Below are positions 47,103 to 56,835 of a stretch of 64,000 bases of DNA, in pieces. The position numbers and the translations under genes were made by a program. This DNA comes from a virus. The DNA is taken from IMG/VR virus record IMGVR_UViG_3300008954_000045, positions 3,942 to 67,941 of that record, one strand, 5' to 3'. Position 1 is the first letter of the stretch, and each line of letters opens with the position of its first letter. Under the pieces are notes generated by a model. That model made no database searches and was not told where the DNA came from. It saw only the letters and a list, made by a program, of their open reading frames with translations.

Positions 47103-48446
47103 TTATGTCGCATCCATGTTGCTTGTTGCTGGATATTCTTCTTGTACAGAATCCTTAGCAAGTTCCATATCCATTTGATATCCACCGTCCTGTTGGAAAA
47201 AATGTCGGACTGATGTTACCAAATATTTTCCACTAAGATATTTATCAGTTTTTTCATCATCTCCCGGATCACCAGGCTCTAAAGGTTCAAAAATAAGTCT
47301 TACAACATCCCCACATTTTCTTCTTGTGTCTCCTGCTGCATTTGCATATAATCTAGTAGTGTCATATTGTTTCATCTGAGATTTTCTTTTTAGAAACCAC
47401 TTTTCATATTCATCATTGTCCTCAACAGTTTCTCCCCCGTGCAATTTGTTTTTTCGGTTTAGCCATTTATGTTTTGGTTTGAAGTCATATACAGTTGAAT
47501 ATTCAGCACTGAACTCGTCAGAATCCTTGATAAGTGGATAATTTTCTTCGACATGATTAATCTTATCCCATTCATCTTTGAGACTATATTCTACAAACTC
47601 ATAATGCTTACGAACAATATCATGTGTCAGTATTTTTGAAGAGTACATTCCACTGTTTATTTCTTCTAATCTATTTCCCGGATCCGCAAACCTTAGTTCT
47701 TCTAAATTTCTATGTTCATAACCAACATCTCTTTGCCCCCTAACTGCACTTGCATTGGACATATCACGGTATTTTCTTGGATTCCACATATATCCCATTT
47801 CTGGTAGAGAAACATCAACCAACTTATCCAAAGTTGTAAAATGAAAACCGTCTCTGTCTTCATAAAATACAAAATTGCAAGCGTCTGAATTATCTACCGC
47901 TACTGCTCTTGCAGTCAACCAGTTTATGGCGGTAAGAGGAGACCAGTTTGGAATTATTATTTTCTTTTTTGTGTCTGTTGTTTTAACATCAACGGTTAAC
48001 TCTTTATCTCCCACCTTTAGATAATCATCATATATTTCTTTTATGGTTTCATCAATTGTTCCATAAAATGATTTGCTTATTTTAGTATGAGAATCTTTAA
48101 ATGTTTCCGGGGAAGTACCAGACAGAACTAACAATTGTGTTCTTCCTGCTGTCGTTACTAATTTGTTTCTGGTTGCGTATATTTCAAAGTCATATGAAAC
48201 GTCATCTGCCCCAGACAACGCAAATACCACTTTTAATTTTTCTTTTTGCCCGAGAATAGGAAGATGTCTTGCAAGGTTGTGGGTATCAACAACACTTATC
48301 TCACAAGACATAGTGTTGGTAAATATATCTTCAAAAATACTACACGACACAAACTTAAACATCAATGAAATTTCCCCACCGTTGGGGGATGTCAACAAAA
48401 GATTCTTTAAGCGATAGTCTCTGGTTCCTTGGTGTTTCTCTGCCAT
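47103..48446 (-). CDS. baseplate hub protein (gp27-like)
   Basis: IFEDIF, IIPNWSP..AINWL, FYEDRDGFHF, LSGKYLVTSVRH; between gp53 and gp5. Confidence 0.75.
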   Translation of the reverse strand: MAEKHQGTRDYRLKNLLLTSPNGGEISLMFKFVSCSIFEDIFTNTMSCEISVVDTHNLARHLPILGQKEKLKVVFALSGADDVSYDFEIYATRNKLVTTAGRTQLLVLSGTSPETFKDSHTKISKSFYGTIDETIKEIYDDYLKVGDKELTVDVKTTDTKKKIIIPNWSPLTAINWLTARAVAVDNSDACNFVFYEDRDGFHFTTLDKLVDVSLPEMGYMWNPRKYRDMSNASAVRGQRDVGYEHRNLEELRFADPGNRLEEINSGMYSSKILTHDIVRKHYEFVEYSLKDEWDKINHVEENYPLIKDSDEFSAEYSTVYDFKPKHKWLNRKNKLHGGETVEDNDEYEKWFLKRKSQMKQYDTTRLYANAAGDTRRKCGDVVRLIFEPLEPGDPGDDEKTDKYLSGKYLVTSVRHFFQQDGGYQMDMELAKDSVQEEYPATSNMDAT

Positions 48447-49288
48447 TACAAATTAATCATCCTTTTCAGTTCAGTATCAATGTCAGGAATGAGTTCTTGT
48501 TTCAATATTTTGATAGTTCTTTTTTCTTCGTTTAGTGCTTCTTCGTAGTCGCGGTTTGTTACAGTAGAATGTGTAGATAAAATTCCATCTTCTGAAATGA
48601 TATACGAATGTAGAATAGTATTTCCGAAAGTTGCAGCAGTTACATCGTACGGTGATTCGCCAGTTTGTCCAACCAACACTTGCTCTCCTGTCCCACCAGA
48701 AGGGGGTGTACCGTATGGATTTAATAAAACCCCGTTGTTGTCAACAAAATGATGCAATCCTTCTTTATGGAGGTCAACAATTCTAGAAATTGTACCACTG
48801 ACTTCATCGTTGTATTGGATTACATCATCAACACTAAATGCTTTTGTGGTATCTCGTAATACCAATTTTCTTGTTGTTGGATCCCAACTATCAACAAAGC
48901 CCCGCACAGTCCTATCGTTGATATTATAGACATCAGAACCCTTGACAAAATTACTACCTGATAGGTTGTTTATATAATAGGCTTTATATGGGTATTTTTT
49001 GTTAAGATAATTTTCTAATGATCTACTACCCAAACACCAATCAAAATACGGATCGGTGATTTGGTTTGCTAATAAAATCACCCAGTGCATATCGACATTA
49101 TCATAAAATTTATGTGCAATCATTTCTGGTGTTTCGCCGTCCTGAATAGCATACTCTTCAAACGCATTAGCATTGTTTAGTATAGAATTGTGGATGGAAA
49201 CCCGTCTTAGAATATCTGTTGCTAATTTGAGTTTTCCATCCTTGTTGATGTCGTATCGGATTAAAGGAAATTTGTCGAAAAATGCCAT
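48446..49288 (-). CDS. gp53: baseplate wedge protein (LysM-like)
   Basis: Start MAFFDKFPLIRY at 49288; YAIQDGETPE.IA.KFY...HWVILLAN; NEEKRTIKILK. Confidence 0.92.
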   Translation of the reverse strand: MAFFDKFPLIRYDINKDGKLKLATDILRRVSIHNSILNNANAFEEYAIQDGETPEMIAHKFYDNVDMHWVILLANQITDPYFDWCLGSRSLENYLNKKYPYKAYYINNLSGSNFVKGSDVYNINDRTVRGFVDSWDPTTRKLVLRDTTKAFSVDDVIQYNDEVSGTISRIVDLHKEGLHHFVDNNGVLLNPYGTPPSGGTGEQVLVGQTGESPYDVTAATFGNTILHSYIISEDGILSTHSTVTNRDYEEALNEEKRTIKILKQELIPDIDTELKRMINL

Positions 49289-49290
49289 TA

Positions 49291-50259
49291 TTATGATCCA
49301 TCCAACCATTTAAGGTCTTGACGTGCAAGAAGAGTCAATTCTCTAAATTCAAGTGTTAGTTTTAAACTGGTGGGGGCGTTTGTCCCATCGAAAGCACTCC
49401 ATATACCAGCCCCAGTATAATCTACCTTTACAGACGTGCATGCACATCTTGCTATCTTTCCAATATATTGATTTTCTTTTCCATTAGAAAGAAAAAATGG
49501 TTGATATTCGGAAGGATAGTGGTATAGAGCGTGTTCGTCTTTGTATGCTGCTGGCGCAGAACTATACTTTAGAAACTTAATAATTTCATTTAGACTGTCG
49601 GAGTCTTTTTGGTTTCGGGGAGTGAAATCCCAAGAGAAACTATATTGTCTTTGCTCTGGTTCTTGAAACATAGTTTCTTTTCTTGGGTTTGTTACTCTGC
49701 CCATTTTATGGGCAACCAGTTTGTCAGCATTCTCCATTATCAACCTACCACCAAGTCCTGCAACCGTTGATCCTAGTTTTTGAGTACCAGCAGCAAAATT
49801 TCCAGTTACTGTTTCACCTAGAGCGGTCCTTTGGAATGAAACTGTTTCCCATGTCCAACCATCGCTCATTGAAATGGAATGCGGAAAAGGTAAAATAACA
49901 TTTCCTTTTATTCCCCCAGTTGCCCTATCATAGGCTTCTTGTTTAAATTTTGCTTGTGCAGAAGCAGTCTCCTTCCCTGCCTTTTTTGAACCCCTTTCAG
50001 TGTCTGATGCCCGAGAAATTCCAATCTTTACTGAATCATCATTGGCTATACTACCACCCCTAGAAGCACCTCGCCGTTGAAATTCCATGTTGCTAGACAA
50101 TTTTTGTACTTCGGCAGACACAACAGATGACATAGACTCCCCTCCCCCCCGTGAACTGCCGCCTAAAGACGTAGATTCGTCCATATAGGTTCTTAGGAAA
50201 AATACATGCTGGTGTTCTGGATTTGAACCAATATCAAAAGGATAAGATAGTGTTGACAT
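49291..50259 (-). CDS. gp48: baseplate tail-tube cap
   Basis: NPRKETMFQ....R.YSFSWDFTPRN..DS...II.FLK, C.CTSV.VDYT, L.LEFREL. Confidence 0.85.
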   Translation of the reverse strand: MSTLSYPFDIGSNPEHQHVFFLRTYMDESTSLGGSSRGGGESMSSVVSAEVQKLSSNMEFQRRGASRGGSIANDDSVKIGISRASDTERGSKKAGKETASAQAKFKQEAYDRATGGIKGNVILPFPHSISMSDGWTWETVSFQRTALGETVTGNFAAGTQKLGSTVAGLGGRLIMENADKLVAHKMGRVTNPRKETMFQEPEQRQYSFSWDFTPRNQKDSDSLNEIIKFLKYSSAPAAYKDEHALYHYPSEYQPFFLSNGKENQYIGKIARCACTSVKVDYTGAGIWSAFDGTNAPTSLKLTLEFRELTLLARQDLKWLDGS

Positions 50260-50271
50260 TTATGCTCCTTT

Positions 50272-50289
50272 ACATACATATATGTATGT
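50272..50289. promoter_or_regulatory. palindromic back-to-back late promoters (ACATACATATATGTATGT)
   Basis: Perfect 18-bp palindrome; CATACATA on each strand points toward the divergent gp4 (+) and gp48 (-) operons. Confidence 0.7.
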
Positions 50290-50729
50290 CATATAAAGGG
50301 AAATTTTCCCCAAAGAACCCGAATAAATATACAGGCAACCCCATAAACATCATTTATCGTTCTTTGTGGGAACGTCGATTTATGGTGTTTTGTGATACCA
50401 ACCCATCTGTGTTGGAATGGTCATCAGAGGAAATGTTCATACCTTATATATCACCAATCGACAATAAAAAACATAGGTACTTCGTTGATTTCAAAATCAA
50501 AGCAAAGAACAAAAGAGGGTTCGTCGAAACTCGTTTAATTGAGATCAAACCGAAGAAACAATGTAAACCCCCCACTAAACCGAAAAGAATGACAAAAAGA
50601 TATATCACAGAAGTTAAAACGTGGGGGGTAAACTCAGCAAAGTGGGAAGCCGCAAAGGCATATGCAGAGATTCGTGGCTGGCACTTTCAAATTATCACCG
50701 AAGATACTCTCTTCGCAGGGAAAAAATAA
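50286..50729 (+). CDS. gp4: head completion nuclease (TnsA-like)
   Basis: MSYKGKF.PKNP.KY.G....IIYRSLWER, RYFVDF, IEIKPKKQ, N.AKWEAA. Confidence 0.93.
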   Translation: MSYKGKFSPKNPNKYTGNPINIIYRSLWERRFMVFCDTNPSVLEWSSEEMFIPYISPIDNKKHRYFVDFKIKAKNKRGFVETRLIEIKPKKQCKPPTKPKRMTKRYITEVKTWGVNSAKWEAAKAYAEIRGWHFQIITEDTLFAGKK

Positions 50730-51358
50730 TGGCTAAAGATATACGACAGTATGATAGCATATTTGATGCCTTTCAGAATATCAGAGAGGATCTCTCTATT
50801 GTTTCTGACAAAACCACAGACACATATAGTTGGTTTAGAAAAACTGTCAACAACGGACTAAAAGACTATGATATGAATGAAATTCGTCAGCAGATCCTAA
50901 CAGATCGGGGTCGTATTTCTAAGAGGCTGTTCGTTGGTAAACTCTATTTTTTCTTCTATAATGATCCAATATACAAGCACACCCTACCATACTACGATAC
51001 CTTCCCACTCTTTCTCCTCCTTCGGAGAAGGGGGAAAACTATGTTTGGATTGAACCTCCATTACCTTAGTCCATCCCGAAGGATTGTTGAGTTTGTAAAA
51101 ATGCTTCGATATACCACTAACCAAAGACTAGATACAACGACACGAATAGATTTACCATACGCAGAAATCAAAAAATCACAGAATTGGCGAATGCTTATGC
51201 CAACTCTTCGTCAATATCGAATAGATAGAGTGCAGGGAAACATTATCAACATTCCTGCGCAAGACTGGCCTATTGCAATCAATCTTCCGGTCGAACGATT
51301 CAAAAAATCATCAAAGAGTAATATTTGGCGACAAACTATCAGAAAAGGATCATTATAG
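50729..51358 (+). CDS. gp2: DNA end protector protein
   Basis: GKLYFFFY.DP..K..LPYYDTFPL, GLNLHYL, W..AINLPVERF.K; ATG overlaps the gp4 stop. Confidence 0.9.
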   Translation: MAKDIRQYDSIFDAFQNIREDLSIVSDKTTDTYSWFRKTVNNGLKDYDMNEIRQQILTDRGRISKRLFVGKLYFFFYNDPIYKHTLPYYDTFPLFLLLRRRGKTMFGLNLHYLSPSRRIVEFVKMLRYTTNQRLDTTTRIDLPYAEIKKSQNWRMLMPTLRQYRIDRVQGNIINIPAQDWPIAINLPVERFKKSSKSNIWRQTIRKGSL

Positions 51359-52039
51359 ATGGCAGGACTACGACTAAGTAGCAGCATTACAGAAATTTGG
51401 GGAGAAAGGGTTCTTAGAAAGAACAGATACGGAGTGTCTTTTTCTGGACCGGGAGTCGAGGGTGCATTGAAGCAAATGGGCCGAAGTGGGGGGAGCCTTC
51501 GGCGAAGGATATTAGAATTACTAATGAGAAATTGTGAAATTGCTTCATTGGTTGGTTCTTCTATGTCTACTTCCCCAAATAGAATTCACGGACCTGTGAG
51601 AGAAATGCCTTATGAAAGACTTTACTCTGGAGATTTGTCTCTTACTTTCCGAGAAACAAACACAACAAAGGTACGAAAATTCTTTAGTGCTTGGCAAGAC
51701 ACAATTTATGGCAGGACTAGTGGAAATTTTAATTATTATGAAAATTACATTGGATCTGTTGAAATTCACCAATACTCTGACGACGAGCAAACCAAAAGCA
51801 TGTATGGTATCCGACTAAACGAAGTGTACCCCAAAAATATTCATGAAATGTCATTAGGATATGAAGAAAACAACTCATATCAAAAACAAGTTGTTGACTT
51901 TTCTTTTAGGAGTTGGGATGAAATTCCACGTTCGGAATTAAACCCTACGCCTCCACCCTCAGATGCAGGAAAATTCAACTCTGAAACTGATCGCACATCA
52001 TTTACATTCAACCCCGGACAAACAGATCTGTCTTTTTGA
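51359..52039 (+). CDS. gp54: baseplate tail-tube initiator (gp54-like, gp19 fold)
   Basis: NRY.V.F, GP.REMPY...Y..L.LTF, F..WQ, L.EVYP, V.FSFR.W. Confidence 0.75.
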   Translation: MAGLRLSSSITEIWGERVLRKNRYGVSFSGPGVEGALKQMGRSGGSLRRRILELLMRNCEIASLVGSSMSTSPNRIHGPVREMPYERLYSGDLSLTFRETNTTKVRKFFSAWQDTIYGRTSGNFNYYENYIGSVEIHQYSDDEQTKSMYGIRLNEVYPKNIHEMSLGYEENNSYQKQVVDFSFRSWDEIPRSELNPTPPPSDAGKFNSETDRTSFTFNPGQTDLSF

Positions 52040-52058
52040 TTTGACATAGGAGATTATT

Positions 52059-52793
52059 ATGGCTTTACCAAAACTAACTGTTCCTTATTATAAAACAAAA
52101 CTTCCATCAACAGGAGAAGAGATTAAGTACCGCCCTTTCTTGGTGAAAGAAGAGAAAATTTTGATGCTTGCTATGGAGAGTGGTGATGATGACGAAATGT
52201 CAGAAGCACTCACACAAATCATCAAAAACTGCACCGACGAAAAGGTAGATCCTACTACCGCTCCTCTTTTTGATATCGAATATCTGTTTTTGCAGTTAAG
52301 AATAAAATCTGTAGAAGAAAAAACTGAGGTGATGCTTCGGTGTTCCAATAAAAATTGTAATATGAACACCAAAGCAAAAATTGATTTGTCAAGCATCAAA
52401 GTTAAAAATCTAAGGAAAAAACAAGACTTCAACGTGCAGTTGACTGATTCTGTCGGAGTAAAATTATCCTATCCCACCTTAGATATTACCAAAACTGAGA
52501 TGCCAGAAAAAAACAAGACAGGGTTTCTTTTTGATTTTGTTACAAAATGTATTGTGAACATATATGATGAGGATCAAATATATAAGGCTTCAGAAACTAC
52601 CAGAGAAGATATGGTAGATTTCCTTGAGAGTCTCACGACAGAGCAATTTGAAAAAATCACTGATTTTTTTGACAACATTCCGAAATTAGAACATAGTTTC
52701 AAGTTTAAATGTCCCCATTGCAAACAGGAACAAACGATAGTATTGTCGGGGCTAAAAGATTTTTTCTCCTATGCCTCTCCCACAACACCGTAG
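52059..52793 (+). CDS. gp26: baseplate hub assembly protein
   Basis: MALPK...P.Y...LPSTG..IKYRPFLVKEEKIL, FDIEYLFLQLRIKSV, CPHC, GLKDFF. Confidence 0.92.
   Translation: MALPKLTVPYYKTKLPSTGEEIKYRPFLVKEEKILMLAMESGDDDEMSEALTQIIKNCTDEKVDPTTAPLFDIEYLFLQLRIKSVEEKTEVMLRCSNKNCNMNTKAKIDLSSIKVKNLRKKQDFNVQLTDSVGVKLSYPTLDITKTEMPEKNKTGFLFDFVTKCIVNIYDEDQIYKASETTREDMVDFLESLTTEQFEKITDFFDNIPKLEHSFKFKCPHCKQEQTIVLSGLKDFFSYASPTTP
52760..52766 (+). other. putative -1 ribosomal frameshift heptamer T TTT TTC
   Basis: X XXY YYZ pattern in the gp26 frame (GAT TTT TTC); the -1 frame is the gp51 ORF. Confidence 0.65.
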
Positions 52794-52960
52794 AAAGTTT
52801 ACTTAGGGTAAATTTTTCGATGGTACAGCATCATAATTGGAACATAGAAGAAATAGAAAATATGATGCCGTGGGAGAGGGAGTTTTATGTCATTTTGCTA
52901 AATAAACATATTCAAGAAGAAAACGAAAGAATCCAAAAACAGAACCAGCGAATGAGATAA
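52763..52960 (+). CDS. gp51: baseplate hub assembly catalyst (gp51-like), probably entered by frameshift
   Basis: LSHN..ESL...NF.MVQHH.W...EIENMMPWERE.YV.LL; true start uncertain. Confidence 0.85.
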   Translation, partial: FLLCLSHNTVESLLRVNFSMVQHHNWNIEEIENMMPWEREFYVILLNKHIQEENERIQKQNQRMR

Positions 52961-55819
52961 ATGGACAAAAACGAAAAACAACTAAAAGATATCACCAAAG
53001 TACTCAAGGATCAAAATAAAATCCTTGAGAAAAATGTTAGTGATCCTATAAAAGATCAAGAGGGTGTTATTAAAGACACCAAGACAATTGTAACTGAAAC
53101 ACACGACAACATCACTTCATCCATTCCTGAGAGGGAAAGTCTGGACATCAAAAGAGCGAACAAGTTTAATGATCTTGCAGAAGATCTTCAACATAAATTC
53201 TCATCTTTTGATGCCGAACAGATTTCAAATCTTACTAACTTCGGTGCAGTAGTTGAGAATGCTACAGCAAGAGTAGAAAAAATACAACAAGATTCTTTTG
53301 CTGGTATATCGGAATCTCTTACTGAATCTTTTGCCACCTCATTGAATTTTGTTGATAGGTTGTCATACAGAATACACGCACAAGCCGATCAAAATATTAG
53401 AAACATGAACGAAGCAGTTTCTTCCTTTGATATGATGCAATCTAATGCTGGTAAGTTTCTTGAAACACGAATGTTAGAACTCTCCAACCAATTGCTTACA
53501 GCAGATCATAAGCAAGCAGTACACATTAAAAACGAAATGCTTGCATTACGAAAACATTCAAAGAAATTACACGGACATGAACGAGACAGAATGGAAGCGA
53601 TGCACGGTGCTATGGCAGATGGGATGGAAAATCTCACCGACAAGACCTCTATATTCAAACAAGCATTGTTTGATTCTCTCCCAACAATGGACAGTCTTGC
53701 AGAGAGGATGCTTGGAGGAGGAATTTTTGGTAAGTTTGCAGGGAATGTAATTCGTTCGGTAAAGACAAAAAAACAACAAGAAGCAGCAACAAATATTGCT
53801 ATGGAATCTGCAATGCAAAAAGATTTCATCGAGGATGGTTTATCTGAGGCGAAAGGTGCAGCAACAGATATTGCTATGGAATCTGCAATGCAAAAAGATT
53901 TCATCGAGGATGGTTTATCTGAGGCGAAAGGTGCTGATGTTATAATGGGCGGTACTGGGGAGTTGTCCGAAGAGCAAGAACAAGAAGTGGTAGATGAGCA
54001 GGTTGCTCTTCTCCGTGAACTTTCAAGACAAGGAAGTTCGTTATCCGAAGAATCAGACAAACAAACGCTATTATTAGAAGAAATAAATGATTCGGATTCA
54101 ACCGATCAGACAGAACAAGAACTTTTAGATATAAACAAACAGGCTCTTCTAGTATCAAAAGAACAGTTGGCGGTTGAGCAAGAAGAAAAAATACAAAACA
54201 AACAGAACGGAATAGACAGGAAAGAGAGTCTAAGGGAACGTCTTCGACTATCAGCCAAAAGACATAAACAGTCTCTTAAGGCGAAAAGGCGAGCAGCAGG
54301 GAAAGACGGCGCGGCTGGCGCCAGTGGCGGAGGAGGAATGTTCTCCGGTCTTCTATCAAGCGGGCTTGGTAAAATGGTTATGTCGATGGGAGGATCTCTT
54401 GTTGGGATGCTTGGTGCCATTGTTCCTCTTATCATTCCTATTCTTGCCGGGGCTGCGATGATTGCTGCTCTAGCAGCGGTAGTCTGGGCCATTGTTGATC
54501 TGGATTCCCTTAAAGACACACTTGGAATCACTGACGCACAAGATGAAGTTTATGAAGAACAGACTGCTATATTTGAAGATATTTCTTCAACAGATGTGGC
54601 AGGAACAGATGGTTCGGGGGTAATGAAAACCAAAAGTGGAAAAACTTTATATCGAAACCAAACTACTGGAGGGATCGAAGCATATAGCGATGAAGAGTAT
54701 GCTAAAATGGAAGAGAAGGCATATGAAACGGGCGATGATGCATTTTGGGAACTTGCTCCAATTAGAGACACAAAACAATCTGGAAAATCAGTAGAGTTTG
54801 AAGAGGGAGAAGATTTAGAAAATTTAAGATTGGGCAACCTATCTCTTGATGAAGCAACAGAAGCAATAAACCGTTCACAAATAAAAGATGGGAACAGGAA
54901 GGTGTATCTTGGATTATTATCTAAGGTCATTTCCTTAGACGACACATTTAGAGATCAATATGAAAACTATATCACCACTGGCGATCTTCCCGGTTCTGTA
55001 GTTGGGAAAGGCCCTGCATGGAGCAATTGGGGAGTAATGTGGTCTGCTAATTTTCAAGGTATTCAAGACGAAGTGGGTCATAGATTCAAAGGAGGAATGA
55101 TAACAGAAGAGCAAAAAGATCTTTTATACGGTTTGTCTCCCTTCCTCGAAGAAGGATTTACGCATTCTTTCGATGAACCTTGGATGTTATATGAAACATA
55201 CGGAGAATTAAATTTACCGGATGTAACTTTAGAGTCGGAACCAGCAACTTTTGGCGAAGCACCTTACATAAACAGCGAAAACAAAGATATTCAGATTGCA
55301 TATTCAAATGCACTAACAGAATATCACACTGGAGGTTTGGTAAGAGGAAATGCTCCAGATATTCCAGCAATATTGGCTCCCGGTGAGTTTGTAGTAAGAG
55401 CAGAAGCAGTAAAGAGACTTGGTTTAAGAACCATTGAATCGATAAACAATCTTTCTTCGGTTCCTCTCCCATTAAGCAAACTCGCAAAATTTGAAAAGAT
55501 GAAGAAAAAAGAGACTATCGGGTACAATATTAATTTTAATAAAGATATGTACGAGACGGCGACTCGTAAGACGGCGACTCGTATTGAAGAACTTCCCGGT
55601 ATATCCGCGACGTTGTTGGGACTAGAAGAGCAAAACAAACAACTCAAAGAAACAATAGCATATAATAAAGAATATAGTGAACCACAACCAAACATAAACC
55701 AAAACATAACAAGCGTGAGCAATAACAACACAACATCCGTAACTCCTCCAAATCCGCACTACAACGAATCCGCACTTCAAAACTTACGCGGAAACAGAAT
55801 GAGATCCATTACCATATAA
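52961..55819 (+). CDS. tape-measure-like / gp29-like baseplate hub protein
   Basis: Long helical protein with a hydrophobic segment, YHTGG.V.G...DIPAILAPGEFVV motif and N-rich tail; directly after gp26/gp51. Confidence 0.75.
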   Translation: MDKNEKQLKDITKVLKDQNKILEKNVSDPIKDQEGVIKDTKTIVTETHDNITSSIPERESLDIKRANKFNDLAEDLQHKFSSFDAEQISNLTNFGAVVENATARVEKIQQDSFAGISESLTESFATSLNFVDRLSYRIHAQADQNIRNMNEAVSSFDMMQSNAGKFLETRMLELSNQLLTADHKQAVHIKNEMLALRKHSKKLHGHERDRMEAMHGAMADGMENLTDKTSIFKQALFDSLPTMDSLAERMLGGGIFGKFAGNVIRSVKTKKQQEAATNIAMESAMQKDFIEDGLSEAKGAATDIAMESAMQKDFIEDGLSEAKGADVIMGGTGELSEEQEQEVVDEQVALLRELSRQGSSLSEESDKQTLLLEEINDSDSTDQTEQELLDINKQALLVSKEQLAVEQEEKIQNKQNGIDRKESLRERLRLSAKRHKQSLKAKRRAAGKDGAAGASGGGGMFSGLLSSGLGKMVMSMGGSLVGMLGAIVPLIIPILAGAAMIAALAAVVWAIVDLDSLKDTLGITDAQDEVYEEQTAIFEDISSTDVAGTDGSGVMKTKSGKTLYRNQTTGGIEAYSDEEYAKMEEKAYETGDDAFWELAPIRDTKQSGKSVEFEEGEDLENLRLGNLSLDEATEAINRSQIKDGNRKVYLGLLSKVISLDDTFRDQYENYITTGDLPGSVVGKGPAWSNWGVMWSANFQGIQDEVGHRFKGGMITEEQKDLLYGLSPFLEEGFTHSFDEPWMLYETYGELNLPDVTLESEPATFGEAPYINSENKDIQIAYSNALTEYHTGGLVRGNAPDIPAILAPGEFVVRAEAVKRLGLRTIESINNLSSVPLPLSKLAKFEKMKKKETIGYNINFNKDMYETATRKTATRIEELPGISATLLGLEEQNKQLKETIAYNKEYSEPQPNINQNITSVSNNNTTSVTPPNPHYNESALQNLRGNRMRSITI
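53783..53934 (+). repeat. 75-nt tandem duplication (25 aa)
   Basis: AATNIAMESAMQKDFIEDGLSEAKG / AATDIAMESAMQKDFIEDGLSEAKG; one nucleotide difference. Confidence 0.95.
55554..55583 (+). repeat. 15-nt perfect tandem duplication
   Basis: AGACGGCGACTCGTA x2 (TATRK/TATRI). Confidence 0.85.
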
Positions 55820-55849
55820 AAAGGGACCTGGATATCCAGGTCCCCTTTC
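55818..55849. terminator. bidirectional terminator between the tape-measure-like gene and gp32
   Basis: AAAA-GGGACCTGG-ATAT-CCAGGTCCC-CTTT between convergent genes. Confidence 0.85.
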
Positions 55850-55871
55850 TCCATCAACCAAAAGGTAAAAA

Positions 55872-56765
55872 TTACCCTTCGTTAGCCAATCTCTCAAAAT
55901 ACGAGAGGGCATCGTCGGACTCACCACTATCCACCGAGGGAGTATCAACGGCCGAAGACGATGAAGTATCTTCGGACTGGGCGGAGGCACTATAATCAAA
56001 ATCTTCTGCACGACTAGCAGAAACACTACCACCACCAACAACCTGATCAAACCGGGTTTTCAGTTCGTCATACGACTTGAATTTAGATACATCCGTAAAC
56101 TCTTTGAGAGGATATTGCTTCTTCCAAAGAGTCTCCAACTTTTCATCATCACCATCAAAAAGAGCCGATGGTGCTTCAAACTCACTCTTGTCGTAATTAA
56201 TGAACCCTGCAACCTTGCGTACCTTCAATTTAAAGTTTGCACCTTGCCAAAAATCAAACGGATTGACTGCATCTTCGTCTTGGAATTCTGGGTTCATTGC
56301 TTCATTAATCTTATCAAAAATCTTCTTCCCGAACTTATAGAGGAAGATTTTTCCTTCGTTTTGAGGATTTGCTGGATCACTCACAACAAGAATATTGGAA
56401 GTGTAAGACAACTTACGTTTACGATTTCGAGCAATGTCCTTGTCTGACTCGACACCACTATTCCAGAGGGCACTATTCGCCTCACAGATAGGGCATTTGA
56501 GCCCAATTGTGGTGGGACAGTTGTCAATCAACCAACCACCCGGACCCTTAAATCCATGAGAGAAGGTACGGGCCCAAGGAACATCTTCTCCATCAACCGC
56601 AGGAAGAAAACGAATAACAGCATAACCATTACTCGATTTATCTAGTTCTGGACGCCAAAAACGATCGTCTTTATATGACTCCGAACCCTTCGAGAGTTTA
56701 TTCATTTCTTCGGTGAGTTTATTAAAGCCGCCTCGTGAGTTCTTCTTAAAATCTGCAAATCCCAT
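55872..56765 (-). CDS. gp32: single-stranded DNA-binding protein
   Basis: DDRFWRPELDKS.NGYAVIRFLPA, NCPTT...CP.C, FGKKIFDK, NPFDFWQGANFKLK, acidic tail ALSYF. Confidence 0.98.
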   Translation of the reverse strand: MGFADFKKNSRGGFNKLTEEMNKLSKGSESYKDDRFWRPELDKSSNGYAVIRFLPAVDGEDVPWARTFSHGFKGPGGWLIDNCPTTIGLKCPICEANSALWNSGVESDKDIARNRKRKLSYTSNILVVSDPANPQNEGKIFLYKFGKKIFDKINEAMNPEFQDEDAVNPFDFWQGANFKLKVRKVAGFINYDKSEFEAPSALFDGDDEKLETLWKKQYPLKEFTDVSKFKSYDELKTRFDQVVGGGSVSASRAEDFDYSASAQSEDTSSSSAVDTPSVDSGESDDALSYFERLANEG

Positions 56766-56827
56766 AATACATCTCCTTTTGTTGTGTACGATATGTACGG
56801 TGTATTCGACTTATGCTTAGTATACGT

Positions 56828-56835
56828 TATTTATG
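56828..56835 (-). promoter_or_regulatory. putative late promoter CATAAATA upstream of gp32
   Basis: T4-like ATAAATA right after the gp59 stop. Confidence 0.55.

Noticed and set aside
52041-52058. TTGACA upstream of gp26
   Set aside because: No properly spaced -10 element; it abuts the RBS within a late operon
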